DNA of 64,000 nucleotides from Azolla caroliniana (GCA_043228905.1 JBHGNT010000011.1:7812001-7876000); one strand, 5' to 3'. Shown: positions 12,310 through 26,600, numbered from the stretch's first letter. Numbers and translations are program-made. The notes: generated by a model not told the origin, from the letters alone.

Positions 12310-15300
12310 ACACTTCGTAATGAAGCACAAGGCCAATTCGATGGTCGTGAACACCTCGAAATTGAGCGCGGTGTGGCATGTTGATTCCGGAGCGTCAAAT
12401 CATATGACGAGTCATGAGGAATGGTTCTCGTACTTGGAGAAACTGGAAAAGCAAGCAGTGATTGAAACGAGAGACGACACTCCGTATACCATCGAACATG
12501 TCGGTGAAGTTCCCCTCAGCCACGTCGGGAGAAAGGGAAACTCATGAACATGTTGCACGTCCCGACAATAACCAAGAACCTGGTGTCAGTCGGTCAGATC
12601 GTTGACTAGGGGATGCAAGTTCCATTCACGCACCTTGGGTGCTACATCGAAGAGGAAGGCCAAGTTATCGTGCAAGGGTGCCGTGAAGGGAGGATGTTCA
12701 TCCTCGACACCAATCAAGCTGGAACCATGATGTTCGCGAAAGGATCGAAGCTCAAATCGGATCTCGACCTGTGGCACAAGCAGTTCGACCACGTTAACTT
12801 CCCACGGCTTCGTGCAATGTAGACGAAGAACATTATTTTCGGTTTGCAGAAATTTAGGGGCCGTAATGGCCAAGTCTACGAAGCTTGCCAACTCAGGAAG
12901 CAACACTGACTTCTATTCCCCAATGAGCGTAATCGTAGTCGAGACATCATTTTCAAAGAGTTTGCATCTTGGTACGCACCAGAGACGCTTCGATTCTGGT
13001 TCTGCTCGACCCGGAATCCGTCGAAATAGAGATAGAAGCCGAAGATCGGCTCATGCGCATGTTCGAAGAAACCCCGATTATGACAAGGCTTAGTGGGCCA
13101 CAAGAACCTCCGAGCAATCAAAGCATGTCTTGGCCGAGTTCGAAGTTGGACAAAGGGAAGGCGAAAATGCCGGAGTATGAAGACGATCACTTTGACGGAA
13201 ACGAATCGACTCACTCCCTCGATAGTGAGTTTGAAGGCCTTGACATCCAGACAAATGGAGCAAAGAAAGCTTTCGCATCTGCAAACGAGAAGCTCTGTCA
13301 ATCCACCCGTGAAAAGAACCCTGTAAGCCGATTCGGCTACAACGATTATCTGGCGTACCATTACGCCATTATGATGAAGGTAGTGACAGTACGAGAGCGG
13401 GAAACCTTTTCCGAAGCCACGAAGGACTCCTGATGGATCGAAGCAATGAACGAGGAGATGCGTGCACTACACAAGAATGAGACATGGGATCTTGTTCCCC
13501 ACTCACCGTACAAGAAGGCAGTCGGTTGTAAATGGATTTATAAGGTGAAGTATAACACTGACGACTTCGTAAACCACTACAAAGCTTGACTCGTAGCAAA
13601 ACGATGCGCACAGACACATGGAGTCGACTACAAAGAGACATTTGCCCTGGTGGCAAAGATGACTACTGTGTGGACCGTGATCACACTCGCAACGACAAAA
13701 GGGTGGCACCTCCACCAAATGGACGTCAAGAACGCCTTTCTTCTAGGCGAATTAGCAGAGGAGGTGTACATGGTACAACCACCCGGCTTCGAATCCAGCA
13801 TTCATCCGAAAGCCGTATGCCAACTCAAGAAGCCTCTCTACGGCCTCAAGCAAGCACCGCGTGCTTGGCATTCGAAGATTATGCAATATCTTCATCAAAT
13901 CGGCTTTCGAATGTTGAAATCCGACAACTCCCTCTACGTACGAAAGGACTCTAGAAGCTCAATTGTCATCATCCTATACGTGGATGATCTGTTCATTGGA
14001 GGAGAAAGTTTAGTCGACATCAACAAGGTGAAATCCCTCCTCTCCAACAAATTCGAGATGACGGACATGAAGGAACTTCATTATTTCTTAGGCATCGAAG
14101 TAATTCGGATTCCAACCGGCATTATAATCTCTCAATGGCACTAAATTCTCAACTTATTATACAAGTTCGGGATGATAGAGTGCAAATCTGTGGCGACCCC
14201 TCTCGATCGAAACCTCGAACTAGATGCCGACTCCGGCACAGACTAGTGCGAGCCAACTCAATATCGCCAACTGATCGGGAGCCTCATCTATCTCACGATC
14301 ATTCGACTCGACCTCAACTATCCGATCGGCCTCCTTAGCCAATTCATGCAAACTCCACGAGATATCCATTTCGATTGCGCTAAGCGAGTATTACAATACG
14401 TGAGCGGCAAAACGGCACAATGGATTACGGCATCCTCTATGCATCAGCCACACCAATTCGACTGGAAGGGTACACGGATGCCAACTTGGCCGGCTACAGA
14501 GCTGATCGACAATCGACCTCCGGATTTGTCTTCTCACTCGGTAACTGAGCAATATCTTGGAGTAGTAAGAAGCAGTCTATCATCGCACTTTCGAGTACGG
14601 AGGTTGAATATAGGGGCACAACCGTAGTTGCATGTGAAGTCGTCTAGCTCAAGAGTATTTTGAAGGATCTTGGCGTTCCCATCAAGGATCCAACTCCCAT
14701 TTACTGTGACAACATGAGCAGTATATATCTGGCTCAGAACCCGGTGTTCCACGCACACAAAAAGCATATCGAAGTGCACTACCACTTCATTCGAGAGCGT
14801 GTTCAGGCCGGAGATGTCGATCTTCTACACATCAACATGAATCTTCAAATAGCCGACATCTTCACCAAGGCCCTATGAGCCGACAAGCTTCGGCAATTCA
14901 TATCAGACCTTGGATTGAAGATCCTTGACTTGCCAAGCTTGAGGGGGAGTACAAGCGAGAACCGGATACCATCCGAACCAGGTACGAGCCGAAGAGGAGA
15001 CCGGAGATTGTCCGAACCGGATACCAGCCGAAACAGACATCAATCGAAAGGAACCAGCCCGAGTTGAGCTTGAGGGGGTGTGTTGAGAATCAAGCTCAAC
15101 ATAGTGGAACGTGTGAACACACCTTTTGAGAATCTATCATTACTCAAAGGTCAAGAGTCACACCACTACTCTACACATTAACTATGTGTCATAGAATCAT
15201 ATTCTATGACACATAACTAATGAGTTACATATTCCCCATGACTATGAGTCTCCACATTCCCAAGAGAGAATGGTCGTTGTAGTTAGTTAATGAAGAGAGA

Positions 15301-15526
15301 AGGTGACTATATATAAAGCACCCTCCTCATACTTCATATTAAGTCGGTTGTGACTCCTTGTAATGCTACATTTTGTATTTGCTATTTTACTTGTGAATAT
15401 ACATCTTCTTCTTGAGTATTTCATTTCTCTAGCTTATCTATATTGTGTTTCTCTTCTCTTCTCTCTTTTCTCTCACACATAAACACATCTCTTCCGCTAC
15501 ACAAGAATCATATCCGATTCTTTACA
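12310..15526 (+). mobile_element. 5'-truncated degenerate Ty1/copia (PR, partial INT, RT, RNase H, 3' LTR)
   Basis: WHVDSGASNHMT protease; [29 protein letters not shown] motifs; IYCDNMS..KHIEVHYHFIRE RNase H; PPT TTGAGGGGGTG at ~15070; LTR 15081-15526 (TGTTGAGAATC...TTTACA). Most of the integrase is deleted. Confidence 0.88.
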
Positions 15527-15619
15527 GTTTTTTATCCTAATCTCTTGTTCCAAGCCTAACTACACAAGAGTGAGAGGGGAAAGGAGAGAAACATGTCACA
15601 CCTTTTGGCTAGTCGAACC

Positions 15620-15950
15620 ATTCGACTCTTTGTGCGCTCAATTCACTCGAGCATTCGAATCCTTAGAGTGTTCGGCCCTTAGGAGCTTTCAACTCCCTGA
15701 GCTTTTGACTCTTAGGAGATTTTGACTTTCCGAGCTTTCAACTCTTCAGAGCATTCAATTCTTAGGAGCTTTCAACTCTATCAGTTATCGACTCCAAGAT
15801 ATTTTGACTCTAACGATCTTTCGACTCGTGGGAGCCTTTGACACGTAGGAGCTTTCAATTCCCACGATCTTTCAACTCATGGGAAGCCATCGACTCGTAG
15901 GAGCTTTCTACTCCACGTTCTTTCGACTCATGGGAGCTTTTGACTCCGAG
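15620..15950. repeat. Degenerate ~18-bp tandem array (TTTCGACTCTTAGGAGC-like), probably LTR-derived
   Basis: Repeated ttcgactc/ttcaactc + ggagct units following a TGTCACAC start at 15595. Confidence 0.6.
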
Positions 15951-17585
15951 TCTTCAAGTCCCGTACATCCAAACTCTCCAAGTCCTTGTGTCCTCCGTAG
16001 TCCAAGACCCCCATGATCTCGCTCAGGTATCACACACACGCGCCTTAACGCGACACCATTGGACGATCTCTAGAAATAAAATTCTTCAAGCTTTCTACAT
16101 GGTCATCCATTTACAATGCCCTTCTTCAGAGTATACAACAAGCATCTAGGACCTTGGGCCCAATTGGACACAAGTCCAGTTGTGCTTGTTTGATCATAAA
16201 GTTTATAAGTCAAACATATGAGGCTATTTGTGCAATTTCACTACCCCTTTTTACTCATTCTTAATATGCCACCATAGAAGAGTAGTATACTTTAAATAAA
16301 AAAATCAAGGTGAAAAACAATCAATCAAAAAACAAATTGTCAATAAGAAATCAAAAAAAGTGAGTAGGTAGATCACAAAGTAGAGAGAGAGAGAGAGAGC
16401 AAAAAGACAGAGAGACAAAAAGTGGAGGAAGCTCAAGGTAGCTTTGATCTCGACCCACACCAAAGTGCATCGACTTCTGTCCTTTGCTAAAGAGTCACAA
16501 GATTCTCTTCTCTAACGATCTCAAGAACCTCTCACATACATAGGTAAACCTTCCTACTTCCCTTCTTTGTGGGAGGAAGTAGGGCAATAGATAATGAGGT
16601 CAACAGTGATATGATTATGATGTAATCAAGATGACATGATCCATCTTCTTCACATCTATGATGATAACTTGTTTTCATTTTATACCAAGATTATTGTAAG
16701 CTTCATGGTTTGGTGATTCCACTTTGAAGGTGACGAAATATTTGATAGTGACATTATCATTCAATTTGTAAGAAAGGTATAGAATCTAGATCCCTAGATG
16801 CAATAGGGAGTTTTTGTATTTGCATTCCCATATTTTTAATCAACAAGAATTAAGGGAAAACGAAAACAATTTGATTTGGTTGTGCTTGCTTGTTAATTGA
16901 CATTTTGATGCCCCTTTTCCCTAACATTTATTTAAGTAATCATATTACCGAATGATGGTGGTTCACTATCCAATGTGCATGTTCAATTTTCCATGATTTT
17001 GGTCCTGTTTTGCCCAAACACAACTAGTATAGCAGAAGAGAGAAAAGTTTAAGCAACACAGCTAGAAAAGGGGAAAGGATAATAAAAATCCAAAACAAGG
17101 AACAAAGGGTTGGCGATTTTATTGTTGGGTGTAGAGGAAGGGCCAAACATTTTCTCACCCACAATACATTTCTAGATTTTGTTTCTTTATGTAAGTAGCA
17201 AATTTTCTGGTTATAATTTTATAAAACAAGCATTTTGTTCTCATACTGTTTTTGGGTACATTAGAGTTGCACGTTAGCCTCAAATAGGGCACATGAAGAC
17301 AACAAACATTTGAAGAGTGAGCAAGTCTATGTAATGCTTCCAATGTTTAAATTTTTTGGTAATACAACTTTTTTCTGCAAATGATGAAGAAACACAAGAA
17401 ACGGTTTGTAATGTCTAACACAAGAAATGAAGTGGTATACAAGCTGTGCATCCCGAAACAGGGCTTTAACTAAGTTGAACAAATATATAAAACATTTGTC
17501 AAAACAAAACGAAGTATTATACATTGAGAAGAAAAAAAGAAGGGAGGGGTAGGATGAAGAGGGAGGGCGTGGGAGCTATTTCTTC

Positions 17586-17645
17586 TCAGTGGTAGTCGAT
17601 AGGAGCCGGCGCCTCCTTCAAGGGTCTGCCGAGATGATGAATATC
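17586..17645 (-). CDS. AOX: AOX exon 4 ([19 protein letters not shown])
   Basis: ATAG acceptor, TGA at 17588-17586; typical AOX C-terminus. Confidence 0.92.
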   Translation of the reverse strand, partial: DIHHLGRPLKEAPAPIDYH

Positions 17646-20031
17646 CTATATAACAAGAAGAGAATCAAAGATTAAAATCGAGGATAAAATACCACGAGTA
17701 TCAGCTAGATAGATATGACCACATGGCCCCCATTTGTGGTGTTCCTCCTAAGGTTGTTATGCATGCATGCATACATACATAAACTCAATCATACCTCCTA
17801 AGGTTGTTATGCATGCATGCATACATACATAAACTCAATCATAAAGTCATTCACATGCTAACCAGCCTATCCTTTAGAAATTGTGACTCAATTCTCAAAC
17901 TACTAATTAACCATCCACATTTGCTACTGCCTATCCTTGGCCTTTCCATTATTGACTTCTAATTCAGGTAATGAGTGTGTCAAATATGAGGGTGTGTCAT
18001 GAGAATATGGCAGTTAGATTGCAAAGCAATTTCTAAAAGCCACAATAACAAGCTCTCTAACACATCTTACTACCTTCCCCACCCCTCCTGCATTTTAATC
18101 AATTCGTCCTTCTGAAAGTCACATGGTTTTGATAGCTCTTGTCAATTCTTCATTCATGTACTAACTCCTCCCATCGATCCATTTGCAGAATTATTAAAAG
18201 CAATATCAACACCACATGGTGCTTTCACGAGTAATCTCTTGCCTTTATTTTTGTATTAGAGTGTGTTCGTGTTGGGGCAATATGGATAAACAAATACAGC
18301 AAGATAAGCGATAAATGCTGACATTTCCTATATAGCCTACCTAGTTACACATTCACATAGAAATAAGAGTGATTCCCAAAGTAAATAATATTATTACGCA
18401 TAAACACATCATAGACATGAGGAGAGAGGCAGACCGCCGCATAATGGTTGACATCTCGGTGATGGGCCTCATCAGCTCTCACAACTTCCACAACATCCCG
18501 AATAGTGGAGCCTGCAGGAAGGCGCCAGTAGTCGATGGCAATGGCTGGGGCAGGCACATTCGGTAGATGCCCCACATCTATCTCATGAAGATATTGAGTA
18601 TACGAATGAATAGCCTCCTCTTCTAGATATCCGACGATGCGATGCGCTAGGTGGGGTGATACGAGGTAGAGTAGGAAGTAAACATTGAAGAAAACGCCTT
18701 GCACAGTGAACACAAGGGCTCGTTCATACCAGACTGGCTTCGCCACTTCCATGAAGGTCATCAAATGCATGCGTTCATTCTCAGCCTCCTCTAGGAGGGC
18801 TTTGATCCACCCTCCACTATGCTCGAATTTCCGGAGGGACCGCAGGTGCAGAAGCATCCCACCTACCATCCCTGGAACCGCAGCCACTGTTTCTAACATC
18901 ATTGCTCTGCATCCATACCTCTTCTGAGAATAATAATAAAACAAACAAACATACTAGCCAGATGAGCGGTTTTTTTAAATATTGGAATACAACATATAAT
19001 AATAATATATACATTGCATTCATTCATTCATTCATTCATTCATTGCAAAATGAATGGCAAAACCATTCATTCATTCAATTCAATTCATTCAAAGGCCCCT
19101 CCATTTATTTGATCGTACAAAAAAAACTGATCTAATATTTCTCATGCATGCAACAGTTCGATTCCATGCTCATCAATGTTTTAAAAACGAGAGGGGTTCA
19201 GGAGATTCGTATTCGTCTTCAACTCCATTCCATAGTTCCATCGCTCTTTATTCATGGCAATTTATAGTAAAAAAAACGGTTGGTTTGGTTTGAATGGTAC
19301 CTGGAAGAAGATGTCTGTTGGCCACCGCATTGCTTTTACGATCCAATATGCAAACTTGTCTGTAGCTGTCTCAGTAGGGTGATGTCGTGTCAGATCGATC
19401 TTGGTGTTGGAAGTGTACGCCTCCCAGGGCTAAAAATGGAGCGTTCAAAAACAACACAGACAGAGAAAAAGAGATTATTGTTTTTAAAAAAAATGCCATC
19501 AGGTGTCAAGCAATTATCGTATCATGGACAGACAACACATAGTCCACCATACCATTCTTTCATTCATAAACACATGAGAGATGCATGCATACACAAATAA
19601 TTGTGACATAGATTTGGAGCCTGGAGGGATCCATACATACATACCATGAAGGATCTCCATGGCCACACTGATCCATCTTCTCTGAGGAGAGGTTTAGTAG
19701 AAATGTTCCAATAACTGGAAAGCACAGGAGGAGTCTCCTGTTGTGAGAATCCAGAGTTCCTCTTTTGGGGGGACACTCCATCTTTCTCCGTAGTGCTGTT
19801 GTTATTCACAGGAGCAGAGGCGCTCCAGGATCTAGCAGAGAGAGGATAGGACGACAGAGATGGAAGAAAGGAGGAATGGTATGAAGGAGAAGGTGAAGGA
19901 GAAGAGAATCCATGGTGAAGGGGCGATGGGGAATGGAGAGGGCGAGCGATGACGGAGAAAAGGCGACGACGACTACCATCTCCGCCCAAGCGACGGAGAC
20001 GGAGACTAAAACGAAGGAGAGAAGAAGACAT
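17586..20031 (-). CDS. AOX: Mitochondrial alternative oxidase (ubiquinol oxidase), 4 exons, 354 aa
   Basis: Exons 20031-19645, 19429-19301 (129 bp), 18923-18435 (489 bp), 17645-17586, all GT-AG and in frame; 129/489-bp internal exons are the canonical plant AOX layout. Diiron motifs [27 protein letters not shown]; Arg/Ser-rich presequence; C-terminus EAPAPIDYH. Confidence 0.97.
18435..18923 (-). CDS. AOX: AOX exon 3 ([11 protein letters not shown]...DVNHYAA)
   Basis: TCAG acceptor, GT donor, 489 bp, carries the iron ligands. Confidence 0.96.
19301..19429 (-). CDS. AOX: AOX exon 2 (PWEAY...TDIFFQ)
   Basis: TTTTAG acceptor, CAG/GTACC donor, 129 bp. Confidence 0.93.
19645..20031 (-). CDS. AOX: AOX exon 1 (targeting peptide to ...WPWRSFM)
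   Basis: ATG at 20031; donor GTATGT after 19645; 387 bp. Confidence 0.9.
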
Positions 20032-20126
20032 ACTTTCTCTATTCGCTGTATATACGTATGTATGTATACTTTACTTACTTACTTACTTACTGCGGCGGCT
20101 CTAGCCTCACTGCCCTGCCTGCCTCT

Positions 20127-20205
20127 ATGTTATGTTATGTTATGTTATGTTATGTTATGTTATGTGGGTAGGACAACCAAACTCCTAAGCTCTGTGCGCG
20201 CGCGC

Positions 20206-20286
<81 letters not shown>

Positions 20287-20547
20287 CAGATGGATAGATG
20301 GAGATTAGAAGGGGCACACTTCTACTCCTACACTAATCAATGTATATATATGTGTGTGTGTGTGTGTGGTGTGTGTGTCTGAGAGAGAGAGAGAGAGGCC
20401 AAGAGCTCCCCCTATGGAAGGGGAAGGGGAAGGCGAGGAAGTTTCCTTCGCACCTTCCACTTTCGAAGAAAAGCAAAAAGAAGAAGAAGAAGAAAAGAGT
20501 GGTAGTCGTATTCGGACTTTGTCTACATATATAATACATACATATTG

Positions 20548-20583
<36 letters not shown>

Positions 20584-20645
20584 ACTATGTATGTATGTGT
20601 GTGTGTGTGTGTGTGTATGTATATATGTATGTGTGTGTGTGTATG
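20127..20645. repeat. Microsatellite cluster upstream of AOX: (TTATG)n, (CG)n(TG)n, (AG)n, (TA)n
   Basis: Directly visible simple repeats. Confidence 0.9.
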
Positions 20646-23269
20646 TAAATAGTCATCGCATCAAAACCAATGTGCTTTGTTTTCTCTTCATTACCACTTG
20701 TGTGGGAGGTCGTAGCTAGCTAAATGTATGTATGTGAGCATATGCCTCTAAAATCCTAGTTTTCCTCTCAAATCACCTTCCAATAGTAGTTGGGACTCGA
20801 GGGAGCCATGTCGTTGTCTTCTTCTTTCAATGCTTCATATCCTTGCAACCCTTACATGCTACTGTATAGATTAAGCATTATTTATGTTGGCATTCCTTTT
20901 TTCCATGTTTTATGAAGTTCAAGCATGATTTACACTACCCTTCCTTTGTTCAATGTCTCATTGGGACACTACCAACAATGTAGTTTATGTTTATAATGCA
21001 AAATAGTGGAGAAGCTTTTGCATTGTATTTTAGTTACTTTTCTTGGCATGCAACGTGACAAAAAACCAATTTCACATGTCTCGCTTGTGGACCAACACAA
21101 AGGTAGAGAGAGATAGACGTTTAAAGGATAGAAGGAATTATGACATGGGAAGACGATAAGCTAGAAGAGAGAATGTACATAAATTCCTTACACTATATAG
21201 GATAATAGCCTCCAAACTATGAGTATCCATCGTATAATATCGATTTTGGAGTGGCAAGATTAAACCATGAGTGTAAAGTGAGAGCAGGAATCAAAAAGAG
21301 ATTGAAAACACTCATGCAATGCCAAATGCCATATTGTGTAGGGTGCTATATGAACTCTTATTTATAGTTTTGGTTAATCCCTCTAAATATTACAACTTGT
21401 TGCTTTATACAAGTGATAACTCACAACCCTCAACATATATTAGCCTTCGCCTAGACAACCACAATCTCCTGATTAAAGGAGAATGGACCCCAAGCTGAAA
21501 ATAATGGAGAACATTGTTCCAATGTCACCAAAAACTTAACCGCGATTATAAAGAAGGCAAAATGAATACTAATAGAATACCTTATATCAATGCCCAAATT
21601 TAGATTACCTCTACATTGGCTTGCACATGCTTATATTGCTTTAAAAACACCCAATCCCCAATGAATGTGGCTTGTACATGCTTATACCACTTTAAAGGCA
21701 TCGAGATCCCTATGTCTTTCCATATTATTTTATAATATTACCGTATCGCATATTATTTTATAATATTACCATATCGGTTAGTATCATACTTGTATTATAT
21801 GGATTCTAATGCAACCTAATTTCTTAGGCTAACAATGATTGTACATAAGTTACGGTAAAGACACAACTCTATATCCTATTAGAAGAAGAATATAGGCAAC
21901 ACACTCGAAACAACCACTCTTTAGTGAAGAGCTTGATTGGATTTTCTTGGGTAGATTAATCGCAACATACTTGAAATTACATCCCATCATCATGGTTGGA
22001 ATAAGACAACATACTTCAAATCACAATTATAACTATTAATGGTTGTGTTATGACAATCTTGTGTTTATATAAACAACCTAGTAATTGAACCTATCACCTC
22101 ATACATTCTCTATAAATCAAGCAATGTTGTGTTTCAGTTGAAGAAAGATGATAGTGATGAAGTGAATGCATAGCTGCATGGTTTGCACAATGTCTTGCTT
22201 TACATATTATTGATCGATATAATTAAATTTTGTATTGAACTTCCAACGTCTACTACTATAGGGATGTTCACATGTGCTACATTTGTACTTTGTCATATTA
22301 CCCTTGCTCACTAGATAAGTATTTAGAATTCTCAAAATTTTACGACAATCTCTTTCAATTGCTACAGTTCGCTAGATGTTATTTGGGCCTGTGATGATCT
22401 ACAAATCCACATTTTGCTTGGGAAGCTGATATCTTCTAGCAAAGATAATTGCAGCTAGCGAGGATCCCACAACAGCACACAAGTCTTATCAAAATGTAGA
22501 AACACTGCATGTGAAGAAGGAATGGAGGAGTACCTAATTGCCAATCACATTTAATGGATTGATTATTTTAAATGTATGCCTGAGTTATTTCACTTAGTAT
22601 TTCTTTTTGGTGTTCCTATATATCCGAACATCTAATGAAACCTACAAAATGAGTTTCCAATTACCATGAAAATAGGTGCATAGCCTGGTTTTACAGGGTC
22701 GGTGGATCTATTGACACTTATGATCAGTACCTAGAGTAACTGATGCATCAACTTTGCAACAATGCTATTAATAACCCACCAATTCCAAATCATTAAAGAT
22801 GCATTACGAATTGAAGGTATTTTGATTCACAAGAATTCCAGTGTATCCTCCATTCAGCAACATATATCGACCACCTCTTTTCAATTTCCAATCTCAGTAC
22901 ATGTATGTATATCGTACTTCTAATTCGTATTATCTTGAATCAAATTATGGCATTCCTCAATCATCTACTACCACTCAAAACCCTGAAACATAACAGATGG
23001 TAGTTGGATTTCTCTTGTATATAGATCTCGTAGGATGTAATGCTGAGCAAACAAGTAGAATAGATAATCAGGATTACCTTTTGATACCTGTAGATGAATA
23101 TACCTCAAAAAAGAGAAAGAATTTGAGTGTTTGTTACAAAAGATCGAGTTAAAAGGTGAGGTGACAACAGTCTCAAATCAATGGACAATGGAATCCCTTA
23201 CCCCAAAACGTGATCACAAATCCTTATGAGAGCTTATGAATGATTATAGAAATTTTGAACTGCCTCAAA

Positions 23270-23602
23270 TCAAACTTTCTCATCCGCATCTAAATCTTCT
23301 AGACTAATATTCTGACCTCTTTGACCTTTGTCATTAACCACAGAATAATGTCGGCGTTCTTTTCCTCCAGGTTTAGAAGAGGCATTACCATACCAAATCA
23401 TTCCTAGAATAGCTAGCATCATGCCTAAAACAACCTGTAAATTCATGCCTTCCCTCCCAAACAAGAAGAAACCCAAGATTAGAACTAACACAGTCTTCAT
23501 GTGGCCGAGCACCTGAAAAGTGACTGCTGTGAACCTCCCGATACAAATGAATTGGCTTAAGTTTGTGCCAACCGCGATGATACAAGATAGAATAATAAAA
23601 AA
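23270..23602 (-). CDS. URGT: URGT exon 5
   Basis: FFIILSC...DADEKV*, TTTCAG acceptor. Confidence 0.93.
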   Translation of the reverse strand, partial: FFIILSCIIAVGTNLSQFICIGRFTAVTFQVLGHMKTVLVLILGFFLFGREGMNLQVVLGMMLAILGMIWYGNASSKPGGKERRHYSVVNDKGQRGQNISLEDLDADEKV

Positions 23603-26600
23603 CTGAAAAAAAACAAACCCACCAAAGCATTTTCCATCAGTTATTTTCAGTTTAAAATCCACCTTTTCACATTCATACTTTGCATAGAAGAAATGTTTTC
23701 TCACCACTGAAGATGTGCTGAATTCATATTGAGTTACTTTCTTTTCTGTGAGCCAAAAATCGACTATGGGCCCCGCTAGAAGTAGAGATGTGGCTTGGAC
23801 GGGTGCAGTGTGAGCTAAAAGATCGAAGGAGCCAAGAGAATACTTTTTCTGGAGAGAATGAACATACTGCACAAGAAAGAGAAAGAAATATATACAAATG
23901 AGACACAATCATTACAAAACCATGCCTGGCACAGAAGAATGAGCAAATTATTTATGAAAAGCATTGTTCGTAAGCACCCACAGTAACAAATAATATGTTG
24001 TAACCAAAATAACAATTCACACAATGTCTTCTTCATGTTAAGATAATAAGTCTTGAGTTGTGTAGTAGTACTTAGCCTAGTAAGATATTGAGCTTACCAT
24101 TAGATCCTGAATTCAATAAACCATACCATAACAAAATATATGTAATGGGATGTTGGGTCTGTGTCATATACAATTGGACATGCATGGATAGCGTTCCTGA
24201 TGCCAAAGGTTTGCTTCAGAGTGTATCAACATTCAGGATAGAAATTGTGCACATGAGATAATATAATTTTTGGATAGCCAACATGTCCCATGGCTATATG
24301 TGCTCCAAGAACAAGGTATAACAAGTTTGTGCTAAATATGCATAGCACATGGCAAGTTAAAGTTACACTTCATACATGTTGTCACAAGTTGTCAGATATA
24401 GCCTTCCTAAACAAGATTAATACTTGGGAAAAAAAGACCCTCTTCCAACATTAAAAGAGTAATAATAATAGGTGAACATACTATCTTTCAATTGTCTTAG
24501 TATTGCATTTTTTTAACTCAGATTGAAAACTACCTTCATGGGTTAAGGTGTAGGATCAGTACATTTTCATTGCCCTAATTGACTTTATCACCATAACAAA
24601 AGGAACTAATGCACTTGAGTATTAATGATTATGGATTCCCCAGAATTGCAGCTACCTGATCATTACGACCTGTAAGTCTTGAAAACTAAAATGGACAATG
24701 CAGACAACTTTCTGCTAGGGAAAGATAGCAATGCTGCTACCTCGAAAGAAGATCTTCTATTTATAAACAACCATGCCTCACACCTAACTTAATGAGGGGA
24801 TTGCACTCAATATAAGAGAAACTCCAATATATAGTTCTACTAACAATTAGACACATTCAGGATGGCCATTCAACTAGGTACCTACATTGAGAAAAAATGA
24901 TAAATCTAATGGGAATCCAAGAATAGATCCGGTTAAACAATTTTACTGGAGACTTGAGAGTATTTCCTGTTACATACAATCACCCATCAAAGGTGCAAGA
25001 ATAGATTTCATTTGCCCAAGCATTAAGATTGATATGATACATTACTGATTGATCTGGGTTCATCATTTGAAAAAATATATTTAGCCTAAAGCCACCTTTA
25101 AGAAAATTAACATCCAACCTTCTAGAAGTTCTTTCATCTGTCAGTAGTGTTGCATTCTGAGAAAGCATTGCAATAAATATAAGAGATCCTGATTTTTATT
25201 GTCCTAAATTCCCAACAATGAACCTTCGGAAAAGTATATCATGTGAAATCTAAACTCTAATCTAGAGTGGATCTGGTGGTAGAACGACTTAAGTTGTGAA
25301 TGTTCCACCCACTGAAGGTGCAAGAATAGATTTATTTTCCAGAGTTTTCAGACTGCGATAGATCAAATTTCTTTTAATATATGAACATCATCATGAGAAC
25401 ATATGATCTATCTCACATTTCTCACTAGAATTAAAGGGAAAACGAGAATATTAACTCACATATTGCTGCAAAGCAGTGCTCCAGACAGCTATGATGGCTG
25501 CAATAAATCCTTTAGTATTCACACTGATATCAGTGACTGTACAGATGGCAACTCCGAGCAGCACGAGGATGATACTCAACTTGGTATCTCGGGAGTACCG
25601 AATCTTATCAAAAAGAACCTCCAAGAAGCATGAGACAGGGATCATACTGAGTTTTGCAATCTGTCGATATTACCAGAAATTATGAGAAACAAAAATGGCC
25701 AGTAAATTGATTTAAAACAAGATTTGGACAAGCACTCTAGCATAAATTATGAGGCAAACTAATGTTTGGTTAGCAAATTGAATTCAGAAACAAGATTTCG
25801 TGAATTAATTCTACCATAGTTAACCAGGAAAACCAAAATTTTGATGCAAATTGGTCAAGCCACCCAAGATTTAGGCAATCACTCCTATGCTTCTATGCTT
25901 AATTACCTGATAAAAACCGACAGAATTCCACATGAGGCTGACATTCATCCCAACGATAGAGAAATTTGCGCACAGAGCAAATTTAGCAAGTTCAAGGAGC
26001 GGTAAATGGGTGCCTTGGATATAGCCCATCCACCGAAGAAAGAGGGTCATGATTGTAGTCATGCCAAAATGCATCCCTGTCAATGTGGTGGCTGCAAACA
26101 AACAGAGCTACACTATTAGGGTTCTGATCTAGGATTTTGCTTTCGGGGTTATGATATTTTGAGGTTTCTCATTAGGTTTCTGTTTTCCGGTCCATATTTT
26201 GCTTTTAGGTTGTGCTTTTTTTGGGTTTTTCTGTTAAGAGTATCCATGTTAAGGGTCGTCCCTTTAGGTCTCCCTTTTAAGGTTATGACTTCTGAGATCT
26301 ATTGTTAGGTTTTTCTTTCATGTTTGGGGTTTTGTGGGATTATGATTTAGGGTTTTCTTGGTAGGGTTGTTCTTGTTCGGGTTTCTTTTTCAGTGATTTC
26401 ATTGGTAGGGTTTTTCAATAAGGGATTTAAATGAGGTGTTTGAATTTAGGGTTTTCATTCTTGAGTTTAGATTTGTAGGTTATTTGCCACTTGGGAATTC
26501 AATTTAGGTCTTCCCCGTTTTGGCGGAAAAGGAGGAAGAAGAAGAGATGGTGTGGATCCAAGCGTAGAGATAGATAGATAGATAGATCTTACCAAAACTG

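Noticed and set aside
20032-21500. Mitochondrial dysfunction motif (CTTGN5CA[A/C]G) in the AOX promoter
   Set aside because: No exact match found by eye (closest CTTGGCATGCAAC near 21042); needs a proper scan.
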